From: Jimgerdemannia flammicorona
Lineage: Eukaryota
Length of the DNA: 36,554 bases
Direction: 5' to 3'
NCBI GenBank assembly: GCA_003990765.1
Contig: RBNJ01000213.1
Location: 1-36,554 of the forward strand
Numbering within the stretch: the stretch's first letter is position 1; each line of letters begins with the position of its first letter. Position numbers and translations under genes: made by a program. Below are positions 10,836-23,982 of this stretch, one piece after another. The notes below the pieces were generated by a model that did not search any database, had not been told where the DNA came from, and saw only the letters and a program-made list of their open reading frames with translations.

Positions 10836-12179
10836 ATTTAAGATGACCTGATTCCATTTTGTACTACGTAATTGTCTGTCCGGCTATTTTATATTGTTTA
10901 CGGTATGTTTAGAGGCGATCCGTGACGGAAAGTTTGACGATGTTATATAGAATTTGTGACCAAAAACAAATTCAAGGCGTTTCGCTGTAGAGGTTTGCTT
11001 CTAAAATATATGCAAACAGGGTGGTATGGTCATGGACGTGTTTATAACACGTCGGGACTGGTGTCCCTCTATTTAATTAGTACTGCGGTAAGTTATTTTG
11101 ACATGGCGATTGTAAGTACCCTCATCCCTCAAATCAAGGCTACAAAGATAATGCCAAATAAGGATTACTTACTTTAGGTATCTAACAGGATTCGCTATAG
11201 AAACATTCTCACGACAACTCGGTTACGATTGTTATCACCCAAATTCAATTTGGCGCCGCAGTGCTATATTAAAATTAGAATCATATGACAGATGTCTAAA
11301 CTTACCCAAAACCGGAATACAAGGTTCAAAACGACGCCGAAGCTAAATTATCGGCCGCATTTAATGTCGGTAATCTTTCTTAACAAATCAGTATCTCATG
11401 AACAAGTAAATAGCTCGCGTGGAATAAATCAAACGACGGTATTGCCGACGAAAGGATTGCCATCCATCACGGTTTTTGGTAAAATACATACAGTCTTACA
11501 ATATTTAGTAAAACTACAGGATACCATACAAATGATTGTGTTTAGAGATGGTAAAAGTCTTGTAATCTTAACATCTTCGATACCTAAATATTCATTAAAA
11601 CAATAAAAGCCTTGTAACCTTTGTGAAACCAAATATTTGCTTTCATTTTAAAGTTTTTCATGGGCCCATCCGGATAAATTTGTGGGTGGCGGGGCGGTGT
11701 GACAACGGATATTATTTCGGTCCATGTGACCTAATATCACTACACAAAGGGAAGTTCTCGATATTTGCATCGACCATTTCCGGTCTGTATATCATGCCTT
11801 GGGTTCTCATCGATCCTGCCACCCTTGGGTCATTTTCTGTATAACAATAGCAAATGAGAGAAATCTGTACAATTACTAAACGGATAATTGTGACGTGTTG
11901 ACGGGAACAGGGAATGATGGTACATGGAGTAAAAGCCTAGTAAGCATTATCCATATCGTTAACGTACTCGTGGTATACCAGAATTTTAAACGAAATACAA
12001 TCACAAAAGGTAAGGTAGTTAAACAACCCCCGGGCTAGAATTTGATCTGCTAACCCGGAATCATGCATAAATTAAATACTGCGCGAATCGTGGGAAAGCA
12101 GTCGATTCCGCGGATAGGCTGACAGGTAATATGTTTAAGGAACTTATAAATGCTTAAAAGAAAATAATGATATCCATTC

Positions 12180-15100
12180 TCACAGTAGTTGTAAATACCA
12201 TTAAATTTGGCTTGTTTTTAACCATATTTTTAATCTTGATAATCTTATTTACCACTGTACTCATATAAGATATAGGAGGCTTTTTTATTAATCTCTTTGA
12301 AACTATTTTCTTCATAGGTTTCTTTATTAAAAAGGCTTATAATGACATAGTTGTAGTCTATCAACTTACTGCATTCATACATATATTACCACTATTATTA
12401 TATTTATACTTTGAAAATATCTCAGGTAAGAGTCAACATAATGACCCTAGTTTCTTCAATATAAAGTAACTAATTCTGGATTATTCTGATGAGTTCAAGT
12501 AACTTATAGAGTTAATATAGATTTAAAAGTTTCTCAAAGAATTTCTCAGAGAAAATATTTTAAGCTTTATTTAAGAGAATAAAGAGAATATCTGTATAAA
12601 AATGAAAGAATAATCTGAAAGTATCTTAAATATTATAAGTAGACTCAGAGAGAGATCTTAGAAAAAAATAACAAAAGTAATTTTATAATATTTCAAAAGG
12701 ATTAATAACTAGCTGAGCTAAGAGAATTATACTAATAAAAGATAAAAAGATACTAGTGATATCTAAATATTAAGAGAAGATTTTTCAATATTTAAACCCT
12801 ACCAAAATATTATAAAATATTTTGAAAAGATAAGAAAACACTAAGTAAAAGATTTAAACTATTGTTTATCTCTCTTCTTAATTATTTATATATAATAGTT
12901 CTGGTTTCTTTAAGAGAAAACAACTAGATCTAGAAGGTTCTAGTGAGCCTAAAGTAGTTAAATATATACTAATAGATTTAAGTTATAATAAAACTATAAA
13001 CTAATAAAATTAATATTACAGATAATTAAAATAACTATCAGTCTCAAGTTCTGAATACATGTAAGAAAGCACTAAGTTCTATTATCTGTTGCAGCAGTAT
13101 AGTTCAAGTATTACTTTAAGGTTTTATTTTTTTTATTTTTTTTTTATAGTTATAAGGACTCCCTCTTTATTACCAAAACTATCTATTATATTCTAATATA
13201 TATAAACCCCTCACTCAATCTTACAGAGAGGCTCTTTCTCCTCCTCACTGTTTTTCCGAAATGCTGCCATCTCCTCTGTTATTCTAATTCTCCCCCCACT
13301 CTTCCTACAGATTGTCTCTACTAGTTGCCTCTGATATCTCTCACTAGCACCCTCTCCCCTCCACCATCCATTCAATATGTCCACCATCAGCCACTCTTAT
13401 CTAGCAACTCTCACCCCCAGCATCAGTCATTGACCTTCTTCAAAAACATATAACCAATGTCTGACAAGTCTGACTCAAATAGTTAGCACTCATTTCAATA
13501 TCAGCCATTCATCTTACAACTTCTCTACCAGCCTTCTCTAGAGGTTACTGCATCTCTCTCCCACCCCCAGCTCTGGAGGGTATACTCTCAGCTATATCTC
13601 AATTACTCTCCAAAAGTCACCCATCACCTTATACTCCCCTAGCCAATGTTCAGGTATTTGTACTACTTCCCCCTTCTGTCTAATGTTCAGACACTCCTCA
13701 TACTCCTAGGTATCTCCTTCTACCAAGTGACCTAACCAGTAGTTCAATATTATATTATACTATAGAAGTTTTCACCATATCACCAGAACTTAGAGAGAAC
13801 CCATCTTGTCATCTGCTTGCCCTATAACCAAATACTATTTCAATTTCACTCTTCTTCAATTCCTACCCTCTGTCATACCTTAGGCCACAGATCTCTCCCA
13901 TGCTCCCAAAGATACTCTATATCATCTGTCAAGCAGAAGTCATCCACTGGTGCTTCACCCAAAAGAGGCAGTCCCACCTCTATATCTGGGATCCCCAATT
14001 CTCCTCTCCCTCATCACCCCACCATCAGAGACCAATATGGTGAGCCCCATCTATCACTTCCTACCAGAATCTCCTAAAGTATATCCTCTGACTCTCCTCT
14101 AAAGCTATTAGAGATAGTAGGTCCCCAGTTATACCATGGGGGGAGAACTGGGCCTCCCACCCTCTCTGCATAAGGGGTACCCACTCTCTGCCCCTCAACT
14201 CACTAGCTCACTTCAGCCACCATATCTGTAAGTAATGAAAGTACTTGTAAAAATCCACCAGATCCAGGCCTCTCTGGTCTACTGATAAAGTAAACATCTC
14301 TCAGCCAATCTGACTCTGGTGTCCTGCCCATATCCAGGTCTTAGCCAACTTCAATAATCTCTTGACCACCCATGTCAGAAAGTCCAAGTGGTACCCTAGG
14401 TACCATAGCTTAGGCAACCAGTATATATTCAATACTGTTACTCTCTCAGCCAGAGATATATAGTGGCCACCCCACCCCAAGAGAGTACTCTTTAACTCAA
14501 CCAACCTCTGTTCTCACTATCCACAAGATAATAAGTAGCTATCAACAGAAAAGTAGATCTCCAGATATCAAACAGCCTCTTCTACAGAGATAATTGTTCC
14601 AATCACATCCTCTCCCACATTCCTCCTTTCAATACCAGAGTCTCACACTTATGCCAGTTGAGCTTAGCATCAGAGTACCCCTTATACTACTTCACTGCAC
14701 CTTTCAGTACTACTATATTCTCTGCTAACTTCAGCACAATCACTATATTATCAGTAAAGGCCCCCACCTTCCAATTAATTTCCAGAATGTCCAAATTCTC
14801 AACCTTTCTCTAAATTCTATTCAAAAGAGGCTCTAGAGCCAATATATACAGAATTAGTAACAGTGGATCCCATTGCAGCACTTTCCTGTCTAGAGGGAAT
14901 AAAACCTCCCTGTGTCCATTTACTATAATTGCAGTCTGACTCCCTCCAAGCAGACCAACCAAGACCTGCCAGACTCCAGAGAGGACTCCAATATGCTTTA
15001 GCACCCCTCCAACCACACTCACCAGACTTTGTCATAGGCCTTCTTCTGGTCTAAAAAGACCAGCTATCTACTGAGCAGCTGTACCTATAAAATAGGTGGT

Positions 15101-16968
15101 AACTTTCTCTACTTATGAGCTTACAGTTATATAGAGAACTTCATCTTATAGTTCTTATTATTATAGAGAGAACTATCTGAGTTATAATTGTTATTCTATT
15201 TATTAGTATGGTAATTAGTATCTATTTATTCTATAAATATTATTACTTAATCTGTTGGTCTTCAAATAGTATAAGTTGAAGGCCTTTTATGAGTTTGTTT
15301 ATTTAATACTGAGACAGAGGGCTTTGATAAGTATGATCACTTGGTCAGTGAGGGCTGCTATATTTTTGTCTACTGATATCATTCCACTATTATTATTACT
15401 TATATAATGAGATAATAGTAATCTTCCTTTAGATACTATTATCTTAAGAGTGGTGTGATATGTTTATAGTGGTTTCTTCTATAATATCACTTAGGTAGGT
15501 GAACTTGGTAATTAGTCTTTAGGTTAGTGATTTTGTTAAAGTTATTGCTAGATCTTCTATAGTAATTTTTGATAGACTTAGTATTTTTAATAGTGGAACT
15601 ATAGAAATACTGGGGCCACCAGTATTGGGTTTGGGTATTTCTTTAACTATTCTTCTGGATTGAGATGATATGGTAGAGACTTTGCTGGATCTAGTAGTTT
15701 GCAATCCTTACTATTGAATTATTCTTACTTATATATAAAGGACTTGGTGATAGAGATAAATTTTTTTTTTTTTTTTTTTTTTGATATAATATCTCTTTTA
15801 GTTCAAAAAGATCTTAGCTTTATAGTAGTAATTATTGGAGAGGAGATTCAAGAAATATTTATTTATAACTTTGATAAATTTGCTTATATATTTTTAATAA
15901 AAATAATTGTAAGTATGGGTGACTTCTTTATTAAAAATGATAAATATGTTAAATACTTCTTATATGATTTCATTATTGAGTTTATCAAATTCTCCTTAAC
16001 TAGTATAGTCTCAGTCTACTTAGTAATGATTCTATTGGCTTCTTTGACTTAGAAAATATTTTTTGATTATTACTAATGATATTAGTGATGCTGACTAAGT
16101 TGTCTATATTTATAATAAGTTCCTTAAGAGAAGTTGCTCATAGGTGAGAGTAACTTCTACTATTAATAAATTGTAATAAAAATATATATTGATAGAATTA
16201 ATATATTGTAAATAATCAAGATGACTATTTGGTTCTAAGTTCTGAGTACTTGTAATATGCTAAGTTTTAATTATCTATTATAATAATATAGTCTAAGTAT
16301 TACTTTCAGGTTCTTATAAAAGTACCATACTTATATCTTAAGTTAATTAGGCTCAGAATTATTAATAAGTCAGATCTGAGGGTTCTGTAATAAGAATACT
16401 GCTTTATTCTTATATTTGAAAAAACTGAAGCTAAGATTATAGTATACTCAGTAAAGGGAATATTTATATAAATTTGTAGTTATAATTAAATATAATATAC
16501 TAGATACATATATCTATATATATGTATACTATATTTAGTATCTATGACTATTTGTTAAAATATTCATTGAAATTTTTATAGAAATTTCTGATAGCTTATA
16601 TGTAATAATTTATTATATAAGTAGTTTGAAAGAATTTCTAAAAAAAATAAGCTATGTTTTATTCAAGCAGAAAAAGAGAATATTTGAATATAATCTGAAA
16701 GAAGGATCTGGAAGAATCTTAGAAAAGAAAGAAAAGTAAAGAAAATAGTTCTTGGCAAAGATAACTAATAGACTTCTACAATATTTCAAAAAGATCTATA
16801 ATAGCTATAATAAGATACTTAGTGCTAAAAAAAAAAGTGAAAATGTTATAGTAAAGTCTAGTATCAAGAGAGGATTTCTAAATATTTAGAAGATACTAGA
16901 ATATTAAAAAAGATAAGAACAGATTAGAGAAAAGATGTGAAAAATACTGGAACTAAGAAATTAATACA
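12180..16968 (-). mobile_element. Highly eroded LTR-retrotransposon remnant (LTR-like ~16386-16968 and ~12260-12860, gag-like ~15090-16100), interrupted by a LINE
   Basis: 12540-12880 and 16630-16985 are mutually similar, and each has a PPT-like TTAAG(A/G)AGAGAGATA on the minus strand. Very AT-rich and CpG-free. Boundaries are approximate. Confidence 0.5.
13122..15085 (-). mobile_element. 5'-truncated degenerate L1/Tx1-like LINE with poly(A) tail
   Basis: LVFLDQKKAYDKV, KVLQWDPLLLILYILALEPL, KVGAFTDN, LAERVTVLNIYWLPKLWY. AATAAA (plus-strand TTTATT ~13166) and T-tract 13122-13145. Confidence 0.92.
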
Positions 16969-18330
16969 TATCTCTCTCCTTAAGAATCAATATTCTTAAT
17001 GAGTTTTTAAGATTATATAAGAATAGTTATACTTAACAAAATATTCTCAAACTTGTATAGATACTATTACAGAGAGTTGGCCAACTTTATATAAGATAAA
17101 ACTTAAGACTTAGTAGTTGGAGATTTAAACTACTTAGATAAAAACTTTTATCATTTTGAGTAAGCTTACTATTGGTAACTACATCTATATATAAAAGTAT
17201 ATAAAGCTAGTAATTAGAGATAGAGATATATATTTTATCTCAAAGTCTTAAATAAGATCTTATATATTCTAAAAATTGATTAGTATTTTTTAGATAGTAT
17301 CATATTTAGAATAATCTATATATTTGACCAGATATTCTAGTTAGCAGTAGTAGATTCTTTTATCTAAGATTTTTTTAACCTTATACTCAATATGGCCTTC
17401 AATAATTATAGGGACAGATGGCTTGAAAATTTGCCCAGAGTAGAGTAGTGACTAGTTTCAAACCTTGAGGTAAGATATATAAAAGACTGGGTATATTTAT
17501 ATAGTTTCAAGTAACTTGAGATTATAGGATAATATAGAAACTTGCTCAATAATCTAAAAGGATTTAATATACTTAAATTGAAACTTATTTGATAGATAGT
17601 TGACTTAAGATTAAATCTTGAGATTCTTAATAATTAATAAAACTTAATCACTAATAGTATAAGTGATATTACAGTATTTCTTATCAGCATACTTTGCTTG
17701 ATACTATTGGGCCTTCTGAAGGTTTGTATTAGCAATCTTCAGTAGTTTGTCTATCTTGTCTATAAGGTTCTTAGAAGCAGATACTTATGTTTGACTACTT
17801 TTCTGAAAGAGAACTAAACTTGCAGAGGTCTCAGAATCTTGACTATAAAGTAGCTGGAAAAGGAAAAGACCAGTATATGATTAGACTATATTGTTATATA
17901 TAAATTCTATATAGGTCAGATAATAGTCTAAATTATCTTGCTTATAAGAAACATAGTTTCTGAGCATCTGTTCAAGAGTTCTATTTACACACTTAGTTTG
18001 TCAATCAGTTTGAGAGTGAAAGGTGGTAGATATGGCAATTTGAGCTCCCAGGGTCTGGAAGAGGGCTTGTCAAAAGTGATGCTAAACTAGGGGTCTGGAT
18101 CACTAACTATTGACTCATAGTAGACCATAATGTCAGAAGATTGACCTTGCAATCTCAGGGGCCATAGCATTGGTTGTAGTAGGTTTGGCAACCATGGTCT
18201 TGGTCAGGTAGTCAATGAATACAACTATGGCATCAGCACTAGACTTAGTTCAAGGAAGTTGTGTCACAAAATCCATTGTGACTTGCTCAAACTTCTTGAC
18301 AGGAATTGGCATAGCATAGAACCCATGGGA
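16969..18330 (-). mobile_element. Chromovirus (Ty3/Gypsy) fragment: integrase core, chromodomain and PPT
   Basis: FEQVTMDFVTQLP, IVVFIDYLTK, FHSQTD*QTKCVNRTLEQMLR; chromodomain EYKVKKILDKR...LEYLVKY (~17240-17395); PPT AAGGAGAGAGATA then TG at 16968. Confidence 0.9.
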
Positions 18331-19132
18331 TATGGTAATAGTCCAAAATACGTGCCAACGACGACAATACTTGACATCACAGAAGTGTAACCTGTAGTGC
18401 TTAACAGCAATCCAGCAGCCGCAAATGCTTCAGCACGGATTCTTCTCCCTGTAATCCGCAACATTGGCATTCCCGACTCCCGTTTTAGTTCTCGACGACG
18501 TCCTAAGCGTTTCAAAGGTTGTGAAAGTTACAATGTCAATGACTATGACTCAGACAAAGAGAACTGCCGAAGTATTAACTGTTCCCCGCCCGGCACACAC
18601 TAACCCAAGCGTCGGCGAACCATTCACTCGTACACGACGTCCGCCTTGTCGCCCTCGATTTCCACTAATCACAGAAGCACCATATACAACCCTGCCCCTC
18701 GGGTCACAACCAAACTTCATTATTTTGAAATGTCTTCCAATCTGACCAACATTACGTAGCTCGGCGGTACCCCCTGTTCTCTGGCATGTCACTGATACTC
18801 CCGCGGTCTCATGATTGCAACGCCGCCCATGCACTCGACGACAACGCAACGCAAAATTCCGTCACGGCATGTGGTGGCGAAATACGTGGTGCGCAAGCAG
18901 AGATTGATAAAGAATCATAAAGCAAGACACCTTAACCTTAAATAATTCCTCCGTCAACTAATTTGGGCTTGACCGTATTGGAAACAGCGGGACAAGTGGG
19001 CACGACAGTGATGGAAGTGGACATATCGTTGAAGGAGCTCGAGGTGCCGGGATATTTGCCGACTCCTGCGGCCGAGTAAGATTCAGATGAGAACGAACAC
19101 GACCAAGGACGATGATTCCTGCGACACAGGTT

Positions 19133-19563
19133 TCAAGTTAATTCCAATATTGAGGCCGACGCCGAAAACTCCTCAGGCCATTTCATTATCACTTTGGCCG
19201 CAAAGTACCTGACGTCGCGGGCTAGCTGTCCAAATTGCTTACTAACACGGCAAGCCGATGGGATCAAAGTTTTGCCCGTTCGTGTTGACCCAGCCAAATA
19301 CTTGTAGATTTTTATACTGCATTTTGACCGCAACAAATACATGTTTATGGTGATGTCGTTTGCCTCGGTTGTTGACGCAGATTTGAGAGCGCGCTGTGAC
19401 TTGGGGAACGACGTTTGGGCGTTTAACTTTGAGGAATATATATTGAAGGGATCTACGCCTACTTTGAGTTCTAATGTTCCCATTGAAATGATGAAAATAG
19501 GGTTGTGGTTTTTGATGTCAGGAAATTGTCAGCAATGACGGCATGGTGTGGACAGAAATACAT
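19133..19563 (-). pseudogene. Degenerate gene of unknown function, paralogous to 27200-27426
   Basis: GVDPFNIYSSKLNAQT..SQRAL..TIN versus GVDSSVIYCSKSDIQTPQSAL..TIN; the upstream DNA is also shared. Confidence 0.45.
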
Positions 19564-19859
19564 AGGAGGAAGAGAAGGAGGACGTGTGATGTGGAGAGCA
19601 AAAAAAATAAAAAGGCCCCAATTACAAAGCCCGGTTTGAAGCAATTGCTAATCTCTCATTTAACCCATTGTTACATAGTAGTTGGCCACAAGAATTTAAA
19701 CCTCCAAAAGAATGGTAACATACAACGCAAAGAAAGTAAATAAATGCGACATATTTATTATAACGCCCAGCAATTATTATAACACGGTGATCGGTAACCC
19801 TTACGATTGATGACGTGAAAGCCTGGTTGTGCTGGGGTTATGTGACATTGCCGAGGCGA

Positions 19860-20339
19860 AATTTTGTCCCCAGACCATTGGTAAAACAACTTCCCAGCGT
19901 GTCTGCTTGCGCGCAAAGCGATGCACGGATACTTGTACTGCTGCTGCGCGAATTTAATCGAATTATTAGGGTTTCGCCATTTTGCTGAATGCGCATTTTT
20001 CTCGTCGCATAGAAAATTGACTTTGACAAAACGGCACCATAAAAATATTAGTCCTGTTTATTGATGGAGCTAATGGAAGCGTCGGGTTTATTACGTCTGT
20101 GGGAGATGGGATTCCGACGTCCGAACCAGCAAACGCTAATACAATTGTGGAAGCCAATTTCTAAACACTCAATGTTGACAAAAAGGCGATGTCGAGCTCA
20201 CGCTACCGGCAGGAAAACAAACCGGAATTCTCCGCGAAAGGTGTGCGTTAAATGCAAATTGGATAAGATAGGATATCGAGGAAAGCACTGCACATGTTGT
20301 AAACCCTTGTGTATGATTTCCCGTGTAGACGCCAAGTAG
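19860..20339 (+). pseudogene. Degenerate paralogue of the Zn-cluster gene
   Basis: KRRCRAHATGRKTNRNSPRKVCVKCKLDKIGYRGKHCTCCKPLCMIS aligns with KRRCRIHATERTTKRNPPGNRCFECIKDKKGCRGIPCARCKHFGKFC. Cys3 and Cys6 are lost; stops and frameshifts upstream. Confidence 0.7.
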
Positions 20340-21764
20340 GGCAGTCTTAGATCTCAAACTTAGGTATTATCTCACAAACCTTTCACTAATCCGCTTTGTA
20401 GAAAATAATAATTACTTACTTGCATGTATTTATTTTTTTGATACAATAGTATGACATGTACCGATTATTAGGTGAAGTTCTTCAACTTAACATATGTAAG
20501 TCAAATCCATAGTGTTTGTATACCATTAGATTTAAATTGTTCATGGAAAATTTATGTATATCCTTCTTTAACTGAGCTAAGTGAATTCCGAATGACATAA
20601 AGGAATCTTATTTGATACGACGCAATCCAATTCCACCCGTAAGTAGCACTGATTGTACGCCAGGGTCTCACGGTTCCTCGCCCTGCTCCAAATCACACGA
20701 CGGACTTCGGGATGAATTGTGAGTGACTGCAGTGACTTACCTTGGGGGTAACCTCGTCCCTGACGTGTATCTCCCGTCCCTCTAACGCCTTACGTGCTTG
20801 ACCCACTCCGCCCACTCATACGGGTAATGATAGGAGGCTCGTGCGTCGGCCGAGCAAAGTATATTGAAGCGAGAAAGTGAATTTAGAGTAAAGTAAGAGA
20901 GCGGAGAAAAGATATAGAGCGGGAAGTGACGAGGAGACTGTCTCACAGAGCGAGAATCGTAATTTCTGTAGGGCAGAACGATAAGCGTAGATCGAATTGA
21001 GCGTATAGCCAAGTGCGCGTGGAGCGAAGAGCCGGACATGCATACATAAAGAAACAGCGCCAGTTTTGGGGGTAGGAAACTGTCGTAAAAATATTCGAAT
21101 AGTTAGAATCCTTATGCCTTTATTGAGCGTTGACACCTGATCTCGCGCGCGAGATCTCCCTAGAAATTTTTTGCTAATGCCTGTAGGCTGGAAAAGTGGG
21201 ATATATCCCATGCAAATTCGTTAAATGAATCTTTGAAACGAAACCTATCAAGCCTGAAAAATGATCCATTATTCACAGATTTTTCAGCTAGAGCTTTCTT
21301 GCCCGCATGCCCGGGTATTCTAGTTGTTCAAATCTGGCCTTTATTAATCTCGCCAACCATCCCTTATTTATTTTATTCATTTTTTTACTTATTTTGTTTT
21401 GTTTTTTGGCAGCCTTATATGACTAATACTATAAACCACCTAAAGGTTGACGCGTAAGCCTATGGAGGTTTTGAGGATATGCATAGAACCGTTCGGCTTG
21501 CATAGTACGATTTATAAGGACCTGAGGGATCCTGATAGGGATAGCGCTTTAGACACGTCGTCACTCGATTAGGCAATCATATTTTAATTAGCATACGTGC
21601 AATCCTTTACATTCACACCATTAAACACATTGTCTGCTCAAACTCCATTCCGCTGGTGTAGTCACAAATCACCAGCTCTGATTGGCGAACAGAAATTGAT
21701 AACGTGCACGTGAGACGGATTACGGAAGCGACTTTGGCTCTCCGCCACTGAACAAGCCTCAATG

Positions 21765-22140
21765 GAAATTTTGTCATCTCACCCAACGTCTCCCATTTTC
21801 GAGCGTTCGCAAAGCAATTTTATGTGCGATCAACATGTCTGCACGTAAATTTAGTAGCGCTGCTGCGGGAATTAAATCGGATTATTACGGAAGGGACGAC
21901 AATTTTAGTATTTTCTTCGTTGCATATCCATTGATATTAAAAAATAATTGAGATTGAACAAAACATGGGCATCGCAAAAACCTTCGCCCCGTTCCTTGAT
22001 GAATTCGATTTGTCCTAACGGAATCGTCGGATTTATTTCGGATGAGCAAGATGGAATTCCGATCTTTGAACCAATAAATAATAATAAACGGTGGGCGTCA
22101 ATTTCAAAATACCAAACAAACAGGTGCGGGAGCATTTGAC
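21765..22140 (+). pseudogene. Diverged duplicate of 19860-20170
   Basis: GCTGCTGCGGGAATTAAATCGGATTATTA versus GCTGCTGCGCGAATTTAATCGAATTATTA; NGIVGFISDEQDGIPIFEP..WASISK versus NGSVGFITSVGDGIPTSEP..WKPISK. Confidence 0.6.
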
Positions 22141-23129
22141 ACCGGTCGGCGCGTAGCACCGTATCCGGCAGACTGAAACGGTCTGCTGCGGCCATCGGGA
22201 TACGTCAATCGGCACGTCATGTCATGATGACAACTGTCATATCATGAGTCATTCCGTTACTTGACGACATCTTTCGGTTCAAGAAGTGCGAGCTGAAACG
22301 GGGACTTCTTGAAACAATCGCGACGACATAGCGGGTCCGAATAGCAAAGAATATGCGATCGCACAATGTGACGTGTGAGTCAGGGGTGAGGGCATTCTGC
22401 GAGAAACCAACGTGCATTGTTATTGCGTAATGATGTTCTCCATTAGAATTTGCTAGTACCGTTAGTGGTGCTCTAGATGTACTGCGGATTTTATCTCAAG
22501 AAATTTGTGTTATCCAATGATGGACTATTTTTTTTTTTTTTTTTTTTTTTTTGAGGCTATGTCAGGCACGAGTTCAACGAGCCTCATTTCATCAGCTGGT
22601 TCTATGAAACAATCTTTTTAAATTTAGAACGCACAAAAGATCTAGAAGGAAACTAAGTCGCTTCCGCAGATAAGCTGACACGTAAGCAAAGGCATATAGA
22701 AGGTAATTAGGGAGCCGAAATGGGAAAGTGCAGGTAAAGAAACCAGCCACGATGTCAACTATCTATGATGTGGCCGAAATTTACAGTATAGATTTAGGAT
22801 TACGTATAAAGCATAAAAAAATCCGAATGTGGCGAACCCTCACCATCACGTTGGTTCGTGACGTTATCTCTCTCACCCGGGTGTTCGGAATTTTCTCTGA
22901 CAGTTCTGTAGTACAATTGCATTAGAGCTTGAATGTCATCGCTCTTTCTCCCAATCATTCCCATGTGCAGAACAAGTTAGAGTGATAGTACAGGCTTGCC
23001 TCATTTTAGGTCTTACAAAATCTGTAATGGATTCAGACTCAGGATTTTAGAAGCTCGTTTCGTGTGTGATAGGGCCGTTGGATTCATTCTGGGCGTCCTC
23101 TTGACGTATTAGTTTGTTAAGAAAAATAG

Positions 23130-23982
23130 TGCGATGAGTGAACACTATAGCATAGCCAGATGAAATATAAAAGAATACTTAGCATAATTATCCCACATAG
23201 TTACCCATATGTGCCAAAATTTGTATAAATAACCAGATATACCAAATTGGGACAAACTATCCCCTAAGAGAACACTTGTTCCCTGAGGAACACTTGTCTC
23301 CTGAGAGAACACTCATCCCCTGAGAGAACACCTGTCCTCCAAGAGAACAAGTGAGCACACTATCTCTAAGTTAGCCTTACTGTACATTCTATAATTATCT
23401 GAATAGTAATCAGATAGCAACCAAACTTGTATAAAATACCCCAGAGATTTAAGTGAAAAAACCTCAGTCTAAAAAGTTAATGAAAAGCAAAAGCCAATTA
23501 TCTGATATATGTACTAAGAAAACAGATCTGCCAAAAGCCACTTGAACTAGAAAGAATTACAATACTTAGGAGATATGCCTGTTAATAGTCCCTGCTAAGA
23601 AGTTGTGAGCTTTATTTCTTTTCTACTCCAGTCTACTTCCCAATATAAAGAAGCCCACCAATTTGGGTCTGCTTATCAGATTAAGCTCAAAGAGAAGTCT
23701 GTTATATTTTAGTCTACTTACTAGATAAAGTCTGAGATTTACTACTAAGTTCAAGTAAAAAGCTTTATTACTATTTTAAGAAATTCACCAAATTTGTCAT
23801 ATTATATAGGATTTGTACTAATTAGGAAATCACTAAAATTATTTGTATTATATATCAATAAGAGAACTTCTACTTTTAGAAACTATATATTTGTTACTTT
23901 TCAATAAAGTAACTAGGGGCTCAAGTAAACTTATATAGCTATTCTATCTTATAATTTATCTCTATTGAGTCAGCACATTATA
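23130..23982 (+). repeat. 5' LTR (853 bp) with ~20-bp tandem repeats
   Basis: TG...TTATA (eroded TTACA); CCTGAGAGAACACTTGTC-type repeats at 23260-23350; TGTATAAAA at ~23428. Confidence 0.88.

Noticed and set aside
11170..11850. Intron-like signals (GTAAGT...CTAAT...TAG) on the minus strand
   Set aside because: No coherent spliced ORF could be assembled.
15699..16052. Hydrophobic ORFs (also 3632-3835, 29487-29714, 30006-30269) that look like membrane proteins
   Set aside because: Antisense frames of AT-eroded retroelements; the I/L/F/Y bias is compositional.
18335..18900. Cluster of short ORFs beside the integrase fragment
   Set aside because: GC-richer sequence open in several frames with no motif; the tail of ORF 18264-18515 is off-frame integrase.
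20640..21230. CpG-rich, strand-biased segment with a minus-strand AG/GTAAGT donor-like site
   Set aside because: Could be a 5' exon or an old repeat, but no termini, TSD or peptide motif were found.
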